A DNA stretch of 64,000 nt from Escherichia phage vB-Eco-KMB37. The DNA lies in the sequence record OR525700. One strand, given 5' to 3'. Positions 20,327-29,721 of the stretch are shown one piece after another (within the stretch, counting starts at the first letter, position 1; every line of letters starts with the position of its first letter). Under the pieces are notes generated by a model. That model saw only the letters and a list, made by a program, of their open reading frames with translations. It was not told where the DNA came from and did no database searches. Made by a program: the position numbers and the translations under genes.

Positions 20327-20878
20327 ATGAAAAAAGATGTTATTTACACTGGCTTTGAACTATATCAACCAGAATTGACAGAAGAAAATGTCATCTATCT
20401 TTCAATAGGTGCTGGTTTTCTTAAAGATAAAGATGGTAATGATTGGTACGAAATTCAGAAATATTTATCCAAAAATTACCCTGATGCCTATTTCTTAACT
20501 CTAGATCACAACAATGTAGTTGTTGCAGCTACGAAAGATGTTTCTACATATTTTCCCGCTGGTCTTACTGTTCTTGTAACATACAATGTTCCAGATAAAA
20601 TAGAAGAAGAAAGCAACCTAGGGTCGTGGAGATATGACAATGGTAAGTTTATTTCTCATAATGGGTTTGCAATAGAAGATGCCAACCTTAAAATGGAAAA
20701 AGAATTAACTTGGGCCACAAATCAAATATCTGCAATTCAAGATTTAGAGGAATTACAAGGTTTATCTGAAGAACAAAAAGATTGGTTAGGAAAAGTTAAA
20801 CTCTATCGTGCAACATTAATTCAAATTAACGTTGAAGATGCACCTAATATAACTTGGCCTACAAGACCTAAGAAATAG
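20327..20878 (+). CDS. tail fibre assembly protein (Tfa/gpG-like chaperone)
   Basis: 183 aa; C-terminal segment AIQDLEELQGLSEEQKDWLGKVKLYRATLIQINVEDAPNITWPTRP matches the conserved C-terminal region of tail fibre assembly proteins. Confidence 0.6.
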   Translation: MKKDVIYTGFELYQPELTEENVIYLSIGAGFLKDKDGNDWYEIQKYLSKNYPDAYFLTLDHNNVVVAATKDVSTYFPAGLTVLVTYNVPDKIEEESNLGSWRYDNGKFISHNGFAIEDANLKMEKELTWATNQISAIQDLEELQGLSEEQKDWLGKVKLYRATLIQINVEDAPNITWPTRPKK

Positions 20879-20887
20879 GGGCAATGT

Positions 20888-21229
20888 ATGGAGCTAACAG
20901 AAGTATGGGATATCGCTAAAGAGGCGATTATCCCTCTTATTGGCGTAATCTGGGTGGTCTTCAAACAGAAGATAGATGATATGGCAAGTGATTTGGATAA
21001 AATGGAAGACAAATACCGCGAACTAGAAAAGAAGTTGGTGTTTGTTGAATCCACTTATGCTACCAAAGCAGAACTTGCTCAAATGCTTAACCAGATCAAC
21101 TCTACATTAATGGCAAATAATACTGCCTTAGAACAGAAGATTGAAAAAATAATGGATTTAAAAAATGCTCCTGTTCAATTAATGTTAGAGGAGATTACAA
21201 AGCGCACACAAAGTAAGGACAAAAATTAA
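20888..21229 (+). CDS. hypothetical coiled-coil protein with N-terminal membrane helix
   Basis: 113 aa; hydrophobic N-terminal segment followed by charged helical region. Confidence 0.4.
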   Translation: MELTEVWDIAKEAIIPLIGVIWVVFKQKIDDMASDLDKMEDKYRELEKKLVFVESTYATKAELAQMLNQINSTLMANNTALEQKIEKIMDLKNAPVQLMLEEITKRTQSKDKN

Positions 21230-23643
21230 TGGCGAATTTTCCAACATATCCTGCTACGACACTAGAACAAGGTGTTGATCTGGTTATATTCTCGTCTAAC
21301 CAGATGCATGATGTTATTAATGGGGATGCTACAGCAACTGTAGAAACCGAAACAGGTTTAATACCTACACTGCGTAAAGCACTTGTTGATAACTTCTTCT
21401 TTAAGAGTCCTGTTGCTTGGTCAGCAGGATCAACTGAAACTGTATTTAACCAGTTACGTTATTTTGAAAACGGTATCTTGAGTGGGTACTATTATGCCCC
21501 ATCTGCCACTACTGCTAACCCTGTACCTATGCAGGGTACACCTGTAGGAGACAGTAACTGGACTCTGTACGCTCTTAAAACTGAACAGTTAGCTTCAGAT
21601 GTGTATCCTTGGTATTTTAAAGGTGCTACAGGATATGAAACAGAAATCAGTCCTCCTTATATCTTTGATAATGCTATTGTCACCATTAACGGTGTAATTC
21701 AGATTCAAGGTGAAGCATTTACTATCAAAGATAGTAAAATTATTCTGGCAGAACCATTAGGTTTAGATCCGTCTACTGGTCTACCTAACAAATTGTTTGC
21801 TTTTATTGGTAAAACAACAGCCTCTACTTCTTACGTAGAGAAAAACCTTTTGTCATCTACCACTGGTGCAGCAATGGTTGGTCTTCCATCTGGAGGCAAC
21901 CTGTTACAAGCTCAATACTTTGTAACGCCTGAGCAGTTTGGTGCAATTGGTGATGGAGTTACCGATGATACTCAAGCAATTTTAAAAACCATTACTTTCG
22001 CTAACACGAATAACATTCAAGTACGTGCAGATAAGAATTATAGATTCACAAGCTCAATTGCTATGTCTGGTATTCGTTGGTATGGAGGTACATTCACTGG
22101 TAACGGTGGAACAATGATTTCTACTGTATCCTGTTGGATGGAAAACGTTCGCTTTGAAAAATGTTATGTTAAGATGTTAGGTGGCGATTGCCGATTCTAT
22201 CGTAATATCTTCTCCAATGCAACATCTACAGCAGCATTCTTAATGCAAGCAATGACAAGTGAAGGTACGTTGGACTTCAGTTACAACGAAATGTATGGTT
22301 GTAAATATGCGATCCTGCAACAAGGTACTGGAGAAGTAATGACCTACGGGCGTTACTCTAACAACTATATTCACGATATCAAAGGTGATGCTATTGAACT
22401 TAACGTAGTTCAAAAACACTACACTGAAGGTTTGATTATCGAGAATAACCACATTGCTAACGTAGATGCTTCTGGACAAGGGGCAAACTGGGGTATTGGT
22501 ATTGGTGTAGCAGGTAGTGGCCCATATGGTGTTGATGTTCCTGATTCACAATATGTACGTAACTTCAGTATCGTTGGGAATAGGGTTTACAATTGCCGTC
22601 AATGTTTACACGTTGAAATGGGTAAAAACTTCACGATACGTGATAATGAAGTTTATCCTAACACAGCAGTTTCAACAGGTACAGGTTTAACTACTTGTGG
22701 TGTTGCATTATACGGATGCCAAGATTTTGAAGTTGATGGTTTAACTGGTTATCTGCTTAATGATCCGTCTGTTTCAACACGCATGGTCTTTATTGATTGG
22801 GGTGTTAACAGTGGAAGATATGCGGGGCCACCAATTAACTTTACAATTAAGAATTTGGATATTCCAGAATCTTCAATTGAGATTGCAACATCTGGATCAG
22901 ATGCTTGGGAAAACTCTACAATTGTTAGTAACATCAATTGTAATGTTTTTAAATGGCGTGGGCTACCATCTAGCTCTACTTTTAATAATATTCGTTGCCG
23001 TAGTATTGACTTTATTGGTCAACACGGAAGCGGAGAAGGAAGTGGTGGCGGTTTCTATACTCGCAGCCAATTCACGTATATGAAGTGGGTAGGATGTACA
23101 GCACTTAGCGGAGATGAAACAACAGTTTCTTTTGCTAAAATCTACACTGATCGTTGCGATCAGGTTGGAAATAACTTTGGTGTTCCAACTGCTGTTGATG
23201 GTACAGGTCATCGTGGGCCAGTTTTAACTACTATTTCTGAACAATATTTTACAGCTTATGATGAATTCCCAGGTGGGCGTGAATTCCCTACTGGAACAGT
23301 TATTCATTGTGCAAGCGGTAAAAAACATGTTGTTACAGTAGGTGGTGCTTTCTTTAGTGCCAACGAGAAAATAAAAGCAACTGTTACAGGTCAAACCTAT
23401 CTACAGTCTAATGCTTTAAACTGGGCTAGTAATGGCTACGCTAAAGCAGCAGGTACTAAGATTGTTATTCCAGGTGCAGGTGCAAATGGCGGCGATCTTG
23501 TGACAACTATAGCACGTGCTACATATGTGACAAATAGTTTGTACACAATAGATATTGCAGATCCAATTGTAACACCTACAGCAGAGAATACACAAATCAA
23601 AGCTCTGAACCCTGTTACTTTTGTTACTGTCAATAATGCTTAA
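21229..23643 (+). CDS. tailspike-like protein with right-handed beta-helix (pectin-lyase-like) region
   Basis: 804 aa; repeated N/G-rich beta-strand motifs (NNHIANVDASGQGANWGIGIGVAGSG; NRVYNCRQCLHVEMGKNFTIRDNEVYPN) typical of parallel beta-helix depolymerases. Confidence 0.45.
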   Translation: MANFPTYPATTLEQGVDLVIFSSNQMHDVINGDATATVETETGLIPTLRKALVDNFFFKSPVAWSAGSTETVFNQLRYFENGILSGYYYAPSATTANPVPMQGTPVGDSNWTLYALKTEQLASDVYPWYFKGATGYETEISPPYIFDNAIVTINGVIQIQGEAFTIKDSKIILAEPLGLDPSTGLPNKLFAFIGKTTASTSYVEKNLLSSTTGAAMVGLPSGGNLLQAQYFVTPEQFGAIGDGVTDDTQAILKTITFANTNNIQVRADKNYRFTSSIAMSGIRWYGGTFTGNGGTMISTVSCWMENVRFEKCYVKMLGGDCRFYRNIFSNATSTAAFLMQAMTSEGTLDFSYNEMYGCKYAILQQGTGEVMTYGRYSNNYIHDIKGDAIELNVVQKHYTEGLIIENNHIANVDASGQGANWGIGIGVAGSGPYGVDVPDSQYVRNFSIVGNRVYNCRQCLHVEMGKNFTIRDNEVYPNTAVSTGTGLTTCGVALYGCQDFEVDGLTGYLLNDPSVSTRMVFIDWGVNSGRYAGPPINFTIKNLDIPESSIEIATSGSDAWENSTIVSNINCNVFKWRGLPSSSTFNNIRCRSIDFIGQHGSGEGSGGGFYTRSQFTYMKWVGCTALSGDETTVSFAKIYTDRCDQVGNNFGVPTAVDGTGHRGPVLTTISEQYFTAYDEFPGGREFPTGTVIHCASGKKHVVTVGGAFFSANEKIKATVTGQTYLQSNALNWASNGYAKAAGTKIVIPGAGANGGDLVTTIARATYVTNSLYTIDIADPIVTPTAENTQIKALNPVTFVTVNNA

Positions 23644-23648
23644 TTAAA

Positions 23649-23670
23649 AAAGGGGCGAAAGCCCCTTTAT
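23649..23670 (+). terminator. intrinsic terminator (GAAA tetraloop)
   Basis: AAAGGGGC-GAAA-GCCCCTTT followed by ATAAAA; ahead of the GTG start at 23686. Confidence 0.65.
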
Positions 23671-23685
23671 AAAAGGAGTAGTAAA

Positions 23686-25647
23686 GTGATTTTAACACGT
23701 CCAAATAGTGCCATTGCAGACATGGTAGAGTCTCGCTATAGAAAGCGTAGAAGTTTTGCAAGTGGTTTTACCTTAAGAGATGCTCGTGAAGCATTGCTCT
23801 TTGAAACTGACGGTAACTACTATCAGTGGAAAGGTTCTCTACCTAAAGTTGTACCTGCTAACTCTACTCCTACATCTACTGGAGGGATTTCAGATACAGC
23901 TTGGAAAAATGTGGGTAATGCAGATGACATTGCTCAAATAGAATCAGAATTAGATGCTATTGAAGCTGAAATTGAAGATCTTAGAGAATCCATTCCAGAA
24001 GCTGGTAAATCAGCTTACCAGATTGCCGTAGACAATGGTTTCCAAGGTACTGAGACAGACTGGTTGGCTTCTTTAAAAGGTGATCCAGGTGCTCCATTAA
24101 AGCTGCTAGGGACGCTATCTAATACCAACCAATTACCTACAACTGGAAACAATGCAGGAGATGCATGGATTGTAGGCGAGAATATGTATGCTTGGGATGG
24201 TACTGCTTGGAGAAAAGTAAACTCACAGGGGCCAGAAGGTAAATCAGCTTATCAAGTTTGGCTTGCAGCAGGAAACCAAGGTACAGAACTAGATTATCTT
24301 GCTTCAATTAAAGGTGATAAAGGGGAGCCTGGCCCAGAGGGGCCACAAGGTGTGCCAGGTAACAATGCTAATGGTTTTGATTACCAAGGTGCAGCTAATT
24401 CCGTTTCAGATCTTCCTTCTGCATCTCCTGGAAACACATCTCAAGCATGGAGTATTGGTACATATCTATACGTGTCAAACGGTGTAGAATGGATCAATAT
24501 GGGCGCTATAGTGGGGCCAAAAGGAGATAAAGGCGACAAAGGAGATAAGGGTAACACTGGTGATTCTGCTTATCAAGTCTGGTTAAATGCTGGTAACGTT
24601 GGTACTATTGACGAATATATTGCCTCTCTGAAAGGAGAAAAAGGTGATAAGGGAGACAAGGGTGATCAAGGTGAGCAGGGTATACAAGGCTTGACGGGGC
24701 CAACTGGTGCAGGGTTGACCATTATTGATATTCTGACTGACACTTCTGAACTACCACAAACTGGAGAAGATGGTGATGGTTATCTGATCAATAATGAACT
24801 TTGGGTTTGGTTGCAAGGAGCCACACAGTGGACAAATGTTGGTCGTTTAGCTGGTACTCCAATCACTGCAAAAGGACACGTTGCGTCTGCAAGTGCACTT
24901 CCTCCTACATCCAATTACGGTGATGCTTATCTGACGGAAGATACAGGTCATCTTTACATTTACACCTATGATGAACAAACTCAAACTGCTGAATATGTAG
25001 ATATGGGTAGTTTGAAAGGTGATAAGGGTGAGAAAGGTGACGCTGGTACTAATGGTACGGATGGTGCAACTTGGATTGTTAAAACAACAGATCCAATCTC
25101 TAGTGATGGTAAACAAGGGGATTATGCCTTTAATATCTCCACTGGCGAGGTGTTCTTAAAAACATCTGCAACTGCCTGGACTTCTCAAGGTACACTGCCT
25201 AGCATCACAGATGCACCTAGTGACGGTAAGATCTATGCTCGTAAAGATGGAACATGGGAAGAACTCACTAGTTCTGTAGATGGTCAAGATATAGTTCCAA
25301 CAAAAGTAACAACTAATTTTATAGAGGTTACAGCATACACCAACAACTCTGTTACAGGGGACTGGACACCTCCAGGAACACATAACATGAATGTGTTGAA
25401 TCTTACTGGTAACTCTACTATAAAAGCATGGCCTGGTGTCGAAGATAGCACAAAACCTAAACCATTCTCTGCAATAGTTTATCTTATCCAAGATGCCACT
25501 GGGGGTCATACTGTTACTTTAGATCCATCTTACAAAGTAATTGGTTCTAGTGATATTAATACAGATCCTAACGGAGTAACAATACTACAACTAACATATT
25601 GTGGTGTTGGTGATTACGTGGATGCTATTGTTGCTAAACGCACATAA
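23686..25647 (+). CDS. tail fibre protein with collagen-like Gly-X-Y repeats
   Basis: 653 aa; several Gly-X-Y blocks (GDKGEPGPEGPQGVPG; GPKGDKGDKGDKGNTGD; GEKGDKGDKGDQGEQGIQGLTGPTGAG; GDKGEKGDAGTNGTDG) separated by conserved spacer modules. Confidence 0.7.
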   Translation: MILTRPNSAIADMVESRYRKRRSFASGFTLRDAREALLFETDGNYYQWKGSLPKVVPANSTPTSTGGISDTAWKNVGNADDIAQIESELDAIEAEIEDLRESIPEAGKSAYQIAVDNGFQGTETDWLASLKGDPGAPLKLLGTLSNTNQLPTTGNNAGDAWIVGENMYAWDGTAWRKVNSQGPEGKSAYQVWLAAGNQGTELDYLASIKGDKGEPGPEGPQGVPGNNANGFDYQGAANSVSDLPSASPGNTSQAWSIGTYLYVSNGVEWINMGAIVGPKGDKGDKGDKGNTGDSAYQVWLNAGNVGTIDEYIASLKGEKGDKGDKGDQGEQGIQGLTGPTGAGLTIIDILTDTSELPQTGEDGDGYLINNELWVWLQGATQWTNVGRLAGTPITAKGHVASASALPPTSNYGDAYLTEDTGHLYIYTYDEQTQTAEYVDMGSLKGDKGEKGDAGTNGTDGATWIVKTTDPISSDGKQGDYAFNISTGEVFLKTSATAWTSQGTLPSITDAPSDGKIYARKDGTWEELTSSVDGQDIVPTKVTTNFIEVTAYTNNSVTGDWTPPGTHNMNVLNLTGNSTIKAWPGVEDSTKPKPFSAIVYLIQDATGGHTVTLDPSYKVIGSSDINTDPNGVTILQLTYCGVGDYVDAIVAKRT

Positions 25648-25650
25648 TCA

Positions 25651-25675
25651 AAGCCCCTTCGGGGGCTTATTGTTT
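25651..25675 (+). terminator. intrinsic terminator (UUCG tetraloop)
   Basis: AAGCCCC-TTCG-GGGGCTT followed by ATTGTTT. Confidence 0.7.
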
Positions 25676-25686
25676 AAGGAGATTAA

Positions 25687-28506
25687 ATGTATCCTATTCC
25701 TTTATTTATGTCAACAACATCAGCTTCAGTAGTAACAGCTACATCTATAACTACTTCCTCTATTGGTATTGCAATAGTTGGTGGTAAAAAACAACTGACA
25801 TACACAGTTACACCCGAAGATGGTGCGTTATTTGATATAGCTTTTTCATCTTCAGATGATACCAAAATGGTTATAGATAATAGTGGTATGATGGAGTTTG
25901 TTGCCGAAGGTGGTTTTGATGCAATAATGACAGCTAAAAATAATTTAGGTGCTGTCTTAACTGATCAATCTGGTGGTTATGCTTCAGAATTAAGTGTGTA
26001 CACTGAAAGTCTATCGGCTATGGATGTAGGCACTACTCAACAGTTGGTTGCTACAATCAGTCCAGAAGGTGCTAAAGACCTTCCAGATATGGTAATTACA
26101 TACACCACAACAGATCCAGAAGTAGCTACTGTAAGCCCTACAGGGTTAATAACTGCTCTTAAAGATGGCGGTTGCCGTATAGGTTGTACTGCAACGTATC
26201 AAGGAACAGTTGTGGCCTCTGATAGTTCTTATTTAGGTGTTAATGCTATTCCTGTTATTTCTAATGTAACAGCCGTGGCAAACAGCTATGGAGACGTTCG
26301 TGTTGCTTGGGATGTAGCTGATCCGCTAGACGGTGATACTTATACTGTAGAAGTATTAGATTTAAGTAATAATAGTGTTCAGTGGACTACAACAACCACG
26401 AATACTTACGCCTACTTTGATATCTCTGACTCTATTCCTCTTTATGGGTTTGCTCCAACATACCTTAAAATTAGCGTTAAGAGCACCAAAGCAGCAGCCG
26501 TTATCTTTAATAACTCAATAGCTACAGATGATTCGTTCATTAAAGAAGTTATTGTCTTTGCTGGACAAGATAACGTAAATGCACACTTTACAGAACTATC
26601 TGGTGCAAATAAAGCAGCAATGGGTAGCACAACAGCCCGTAATGCATATGCTACGCAACGTGGTTTAGCAAATGCTGAAGTTCTTCCGTTAAATACAGCT
26701 TCTGGATCATCAGCAGCAGATAAATATGCTGACGATAAAGCTGGAACAGGTACACCAGATAACTACTGGTATGATCTGGATAACACAGCAGATGGGCCAT
26801 GCTTAACTAACTTTATCACTAAAGTCACACCTTATGCAAGTAAGGTTAAAGCAATTATTTGGGGACAAGGTGAAAATGATGCTGTATCAGCATCTTCGAC
26901 TGTTGCAGGTAGGTACAGTAACACTACACGTTACCATGATGCTACGATAGCTATCTTTGATAAGATGCGTACAATAGTTCCTGCTTCTCAAGCAAAAATT
27001 GTTTGGCAGATCCTAGGACGTTCTTATTTATATGGTGTAGAAGTTAATGGTGTGGATTGGCAGAAGTACAGAAATGTACAAAGAACCATCTCTACAGCAC
27101 GTGATGATGTTATCATTGGTTCTTGGGTAGATGGTGCTGAACGTTACAGTGGTTATGTTTATGAAGAAGGTATTGATGGTCGTATCCATTATATTTCTTC
27201 TGTATACCAAACAGCAGCTACAAAACTTGCTAAATCAGCAGCAGACGGTACAGACTTAACATCAACGTCACCTGTTTGGGTTGATATGGCTGTTCCAACT
27301 GGAGCAACAGCTACTTCCCAACCTAATCAAGATACAATTTTAGCATGGGATGCTCAAGGCTATAGTAAACACTACTTCCGTAATATTAACGTCTTAACAG
27401 CATCTGTAGTAGCTGAACAAACGCTTAATACGAACAGTTATACGTTTACCTATGCAGATCAAGTAGAACAATATGGTTTTGCGGCAGGAACTACTATATT
27501 TGATGTTGCATATTATGACGAAGCAAATGATGTGTTATCTCCTTTAGTACGTTTTAATGTTAACGTTACAGCAGGAACAGTGGAAGACAAACCTGTCGTG
27601 ATGGATTATGACTTGACGCAAGAAACTCTTCCATCAGGTGTTCAGGCTAATGGCGGGAACTCTTTTGCTCGTGCTTCTGGAGATATACTTGTAGCCACTA
27701 ACACCTTGGTTGCTCCGTTGGAGTATGTTGGTACTACCCCTGTAGGTAGACGTGTAACAGCTAACACAGCCTCACAAATTTTTGTCAACAACGCCTTAAC
27801 AAGTGCAAGCCCGTGGGTAAAGACCAACTTAACTGTTGCAGCTTCGTCTGATAACTCTCCGGCTGGAACTACTGCCAATGTATTCAAATTAACTCCGACT
27901 ACAACCTCTGGTAGTCATATCTTAACTGCAACATATACTAACGCGTACAACATATACGCCGGACGTAACTGGTCTGCCTCTGTTTTCTTGAAAGCGAACG
28001 GGATTACTAAGGCCAAACTAAGATTACAAGCAGGGACTGAAGTTAATGAGGGTACTTTTGATTTAGCAGCAGGCACATTCACAGGAAGTGAAGCTAATAT
28101 TATATCTATGGGCAACGGTTGGTATCGTGCTATTCTGCATAAAACAGGGATAGCCAAACAGTCCTCCATAAGTTTTGAAATAATTGCCTTGGATGCAACT
28201 GGTGCGGAGATTTTCGCTGGAGATGGTACTAGTAACCTTGCAGTTTGGTTGCCACAGCTTGAAGGTGCTCCTACAGGACAAACATCAAAAGCTGGATCGC
28301 CTTTTGTCTGCACATATCCTGGAAATTTAGGAGGAGTATCCTTCACTATACCAAGGAACGGACATACTGGCGTGGATGTTTACTATTCCAACGGAGACGT
28401 TGTTCGTGACGTATTCTCTGGTACGGCATCTACTTGGACAATAAACTACTCCAGCTTGTACGATTGGGGATCAGTCTTTATTACAGGTTTGAAATATTAC
28501 GACTAA
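25687..28506 (+). CDS. large tail protein with Ig-like (Big_2-type) region and putative SASA-type carbohydrate esterase domain
   Basis: 939 aa; Ig-like segment around TATYQGTVVASDSSYLGVNAIPV; motifs FAGQDNVNAH and IWGQGENDA resemble the GQSN and QGE-D blocks of sialate-O-acetylesterase-like esterases; terminal gene of the structural arm. Confidence 0.4.
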   Translation: MYPIPLFMSTTSASVVTATSITTSSIGIAIVGGKKQLTYTVTPEDGALFDIAFSSSDDTKMVIDNSGMMEFVAEGGFDAIMTAKNNLGAVLTDQSGGYASELSVYTESLSAMDVGTTQQLVATISPEGAKDLPDMVITYTTTDPEVATVSPTGLITALKDGGCRIGCTATYQGTVVASDSSYLGVNAIPVISNVTAVANSYGDVRVAWDVADPLDGDTYTVEVLDLSNNSVQWTTTTTNTYAYFDISDSIPLYGFAPTYLKISVKSTKAAAVIFNNSIATDDSFIKEVIVFAGQDNVNAHFTELSGANKAAMGSTTARNAYATQRGLANAEVLPLNTASGSSAADKYADDKAGTGTPDNYWYDLDNTADGPCLTNFITKVTPYASKVKAIIWGQGENDAVSASSTVAGRYSNTTRYHDATIAIFDKMRTIVPASQAKIVWQILGRSYLYGVEVNGVDWQKYRNVQRTISTARDDVIIGSWVDGAERYSGYVYEEGIDGRIHYISSVYQTAATKLAKSAADGTDLTSTSPVWVDMAVPTGATATSQPNQDTILAWDAQGYSKHYFRNINVLTASVVAEQTLNTNSYTFTYADQVEQYGFAAGTTIFDVAYYDEANDVLSPLVRFNVNVTAGTVEDKPVVMDYDLTQETLPSGVQANGGNSFARASGDILVATNTLVAPLEYVGTTPVGRRVTANTASQIFVNNALTSASPWVKTNLTVAASSDNSPAGTTANVFKLTPTTTSGSHILTATYTNAYNIYAGRNWSASVFLKANGITKAKLRLQAGTEVNEGTFDLAAGTFTGSEANIISMGNGWYRAILHKTGIAKQSSISFEIIALDATGAEIFAGDGTSNLAVWLPQLEGAPTGQTSKAGSPFVCTYPGNLGGVSFTIPRNGHTGVDVYYSNGDVVRDVFSGTASTWTINYSSLYDWGSVFITGLKYYD

Positions 28507-28508
28507 TA

Positions 28509-28540
28509 AAAAAGGAGCCATTAGGCTCCTTTTCTTTTAT
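28509..28540. terminator. bidirectional intrinsic terminator at the convergence of the two gene arms
   Basis: AAAAAGGAGCC-ATTA-GGCTCCTTTTCTTTT: A-tract upstream and T-tract downstream of a perfect stem; lies between the last plus-strand gene and the last minus-strand gene. Confidence 0.75.
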
Positions 28541-28541
28541 C

Positions 28542-28973
28542 TTAATCAGTGAAAATTACGCTTACATCTTCTTTAGAAAAGAGTTTATGATCTTCACCTT
28601 TTGTCTCAAGAGTTTCATACAGGCTAAGAAGTTCTGAAACATCTTTCTCTACCAGTTTCTTCAATGTTGCAATTTTCTGTTTGCGACTCTTAATACGTTC
28701 AGCTACAACCTTACGCTGGTATCCGGCAGTACGATAACCTGAGAAAGTTACACCAGTAAGGCTTGCAGTTACAGGATCGTAATGACGTTCAATCTGAAAC
28801 TTATTAAAAGGTACAGCGTCATCACGAATAATCTTACCGCCATTACTTACTTGACGAAGACCAGTAACTTGTTCCAGTCGTGCCATAGAAATCTTTGGAG
28901 ACAGACCAGAGTCCAGGTTCATACCATTGTTAATCAGTGCTTTCAGGGTGATTTTGCTGTTCAGTGTACTCAT
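28542..28973 (-). CDS. hypothetical protein
   Basis: 143 aa; start at 28973 preceded by GGAGGAA RBS; 44 bp overlap with the 3-prime end of the methyltransferase gene. Confidence 0.45.
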   Translation of the reverse strand: MSTLNSKITLKALINNGMNLDSGLSPKISMARLEQVTGLRQVSNGGKIIRDDAVPFNKFQIERHYDPVTASLTGVTFSGYRTAGYQRKVVAERIKSRKQKIATLKKLVEKDVSELLSLYETLETKGEDHKLFSKEDVSVIFTD

Positions 28974-29661
28974 TTAGTCGTTCCTCCGCTTGCTTAAAAA
29001 TATTTACATCGGCTTCACAGCCTAAGTATTCTCTACCTGTTAAAAGTGCCGCAACTTGTGTTGTTGCACTTCCAGAGAAGAAGTCTAAGACTACATCTCC
29101 TTCGTTGGTGTGTATATTAATAAGGTCACAAAACAAAGTCAAGTGTTTTTGTGTTGGATGAAAACGATCTGCTCCTTGATAGATAGGATACTCAAACACA
29201 CCCTTATGGTAGGAAGCATTGAAGGTTGGTTTCGAACCTTTAACACAAACAATAGCCATCTCTTTAGCGTTACTAAGGTAGTTAACACCACTGTTGATGG
29301 GTACAGGGTTTGTTTTAATCCATTCGATAGTACGGAACATACGAAAACCAAGCGGTTCAAGGATTTCACGTAGCTCTTGGATCTTCCAGATATCATACCA
29401 AACTATGCAAGTACCACCTTTTCTAAGCACCCTGTAGGCTTCTTTGAATACTTCTTTAAAGTAAGGAATATCTACAACATCCCAGTCACCAAAGTTGTAA
29501 GATACACGGAATCTATCCGTATCTTTTCCAGTAGGCTCTCCAGACTGAAAATTTGTGTCACGAGAAATAGCATATGGTGGGTCAGTAAGAATCAAATCTA
29601 CACTATTGCTTTCGAGGGTTTGCAGGTAGTTTAATGCGGTGTTGTTTACAAATTCGCTCAT
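28930..29661 (-). CDS. DNA methyltransferase, N6-adenine/N4-cytosine beta class (orphan)
   Basis: 243 aa; DPPY motif (LILTDPPYAISRD) near N-terminus and FxGxG AdoMet motif (VLDFFSGSATT) near C-terminus; RBS AAGGAG; no adjacent restriction endonuclease. Confidence 0.8.
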   Translation of the reverse strand: MSEFVNNTALNYLQTLESNSVDLILTDPPYAISRDTNFQSGEPTGKDTDRFRVSYNFGDWDVVDIPYFKEVFKEAYRVLRKGGTCIVWYDIWKIQELREILEPLGFRMFRTIEWIKTNPVPINSGVNYLSNAKEMAIVCVKGSKPTFNASYHKGVFEYPIYQGADRFHPTQKHLTLFCDLINIHTNEGDVVLDFFSGSATTQVAALLTGREYLGCEADVNIFKQAEERLNEYTEQQNHPESTD

Positions 29662-29675
29662 TATATCTCCTTCAA

Positions 29676-29699
29676 AGAAAAGGAGCCGTTAGGCTCCTT
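29676..29699 (-). terminator. intrinsic terminator hairpin
   Basis: AAAAGGAGCC-GTTA-GGCTCCTT on plus strand; on the minus strand the stem is followed by TTTTCTTTG; near-identical stem to the hairpin at 28509-28540. Confidence 0.55.
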
Positions 29700-29721
29700 A
29701 TATTCACACAATATTTAACTA

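Noticed and set aside
24500-24700. Tandem GGTGATAAGGG-type DNA repeats that could be mistaken for a CRISPR array or VNTR
   Set aside because: They are the coding sequence for in-frame GDKGDKG collagen-like triplets; there are no spacer/repeat units of CRISPR length and no cas genes.
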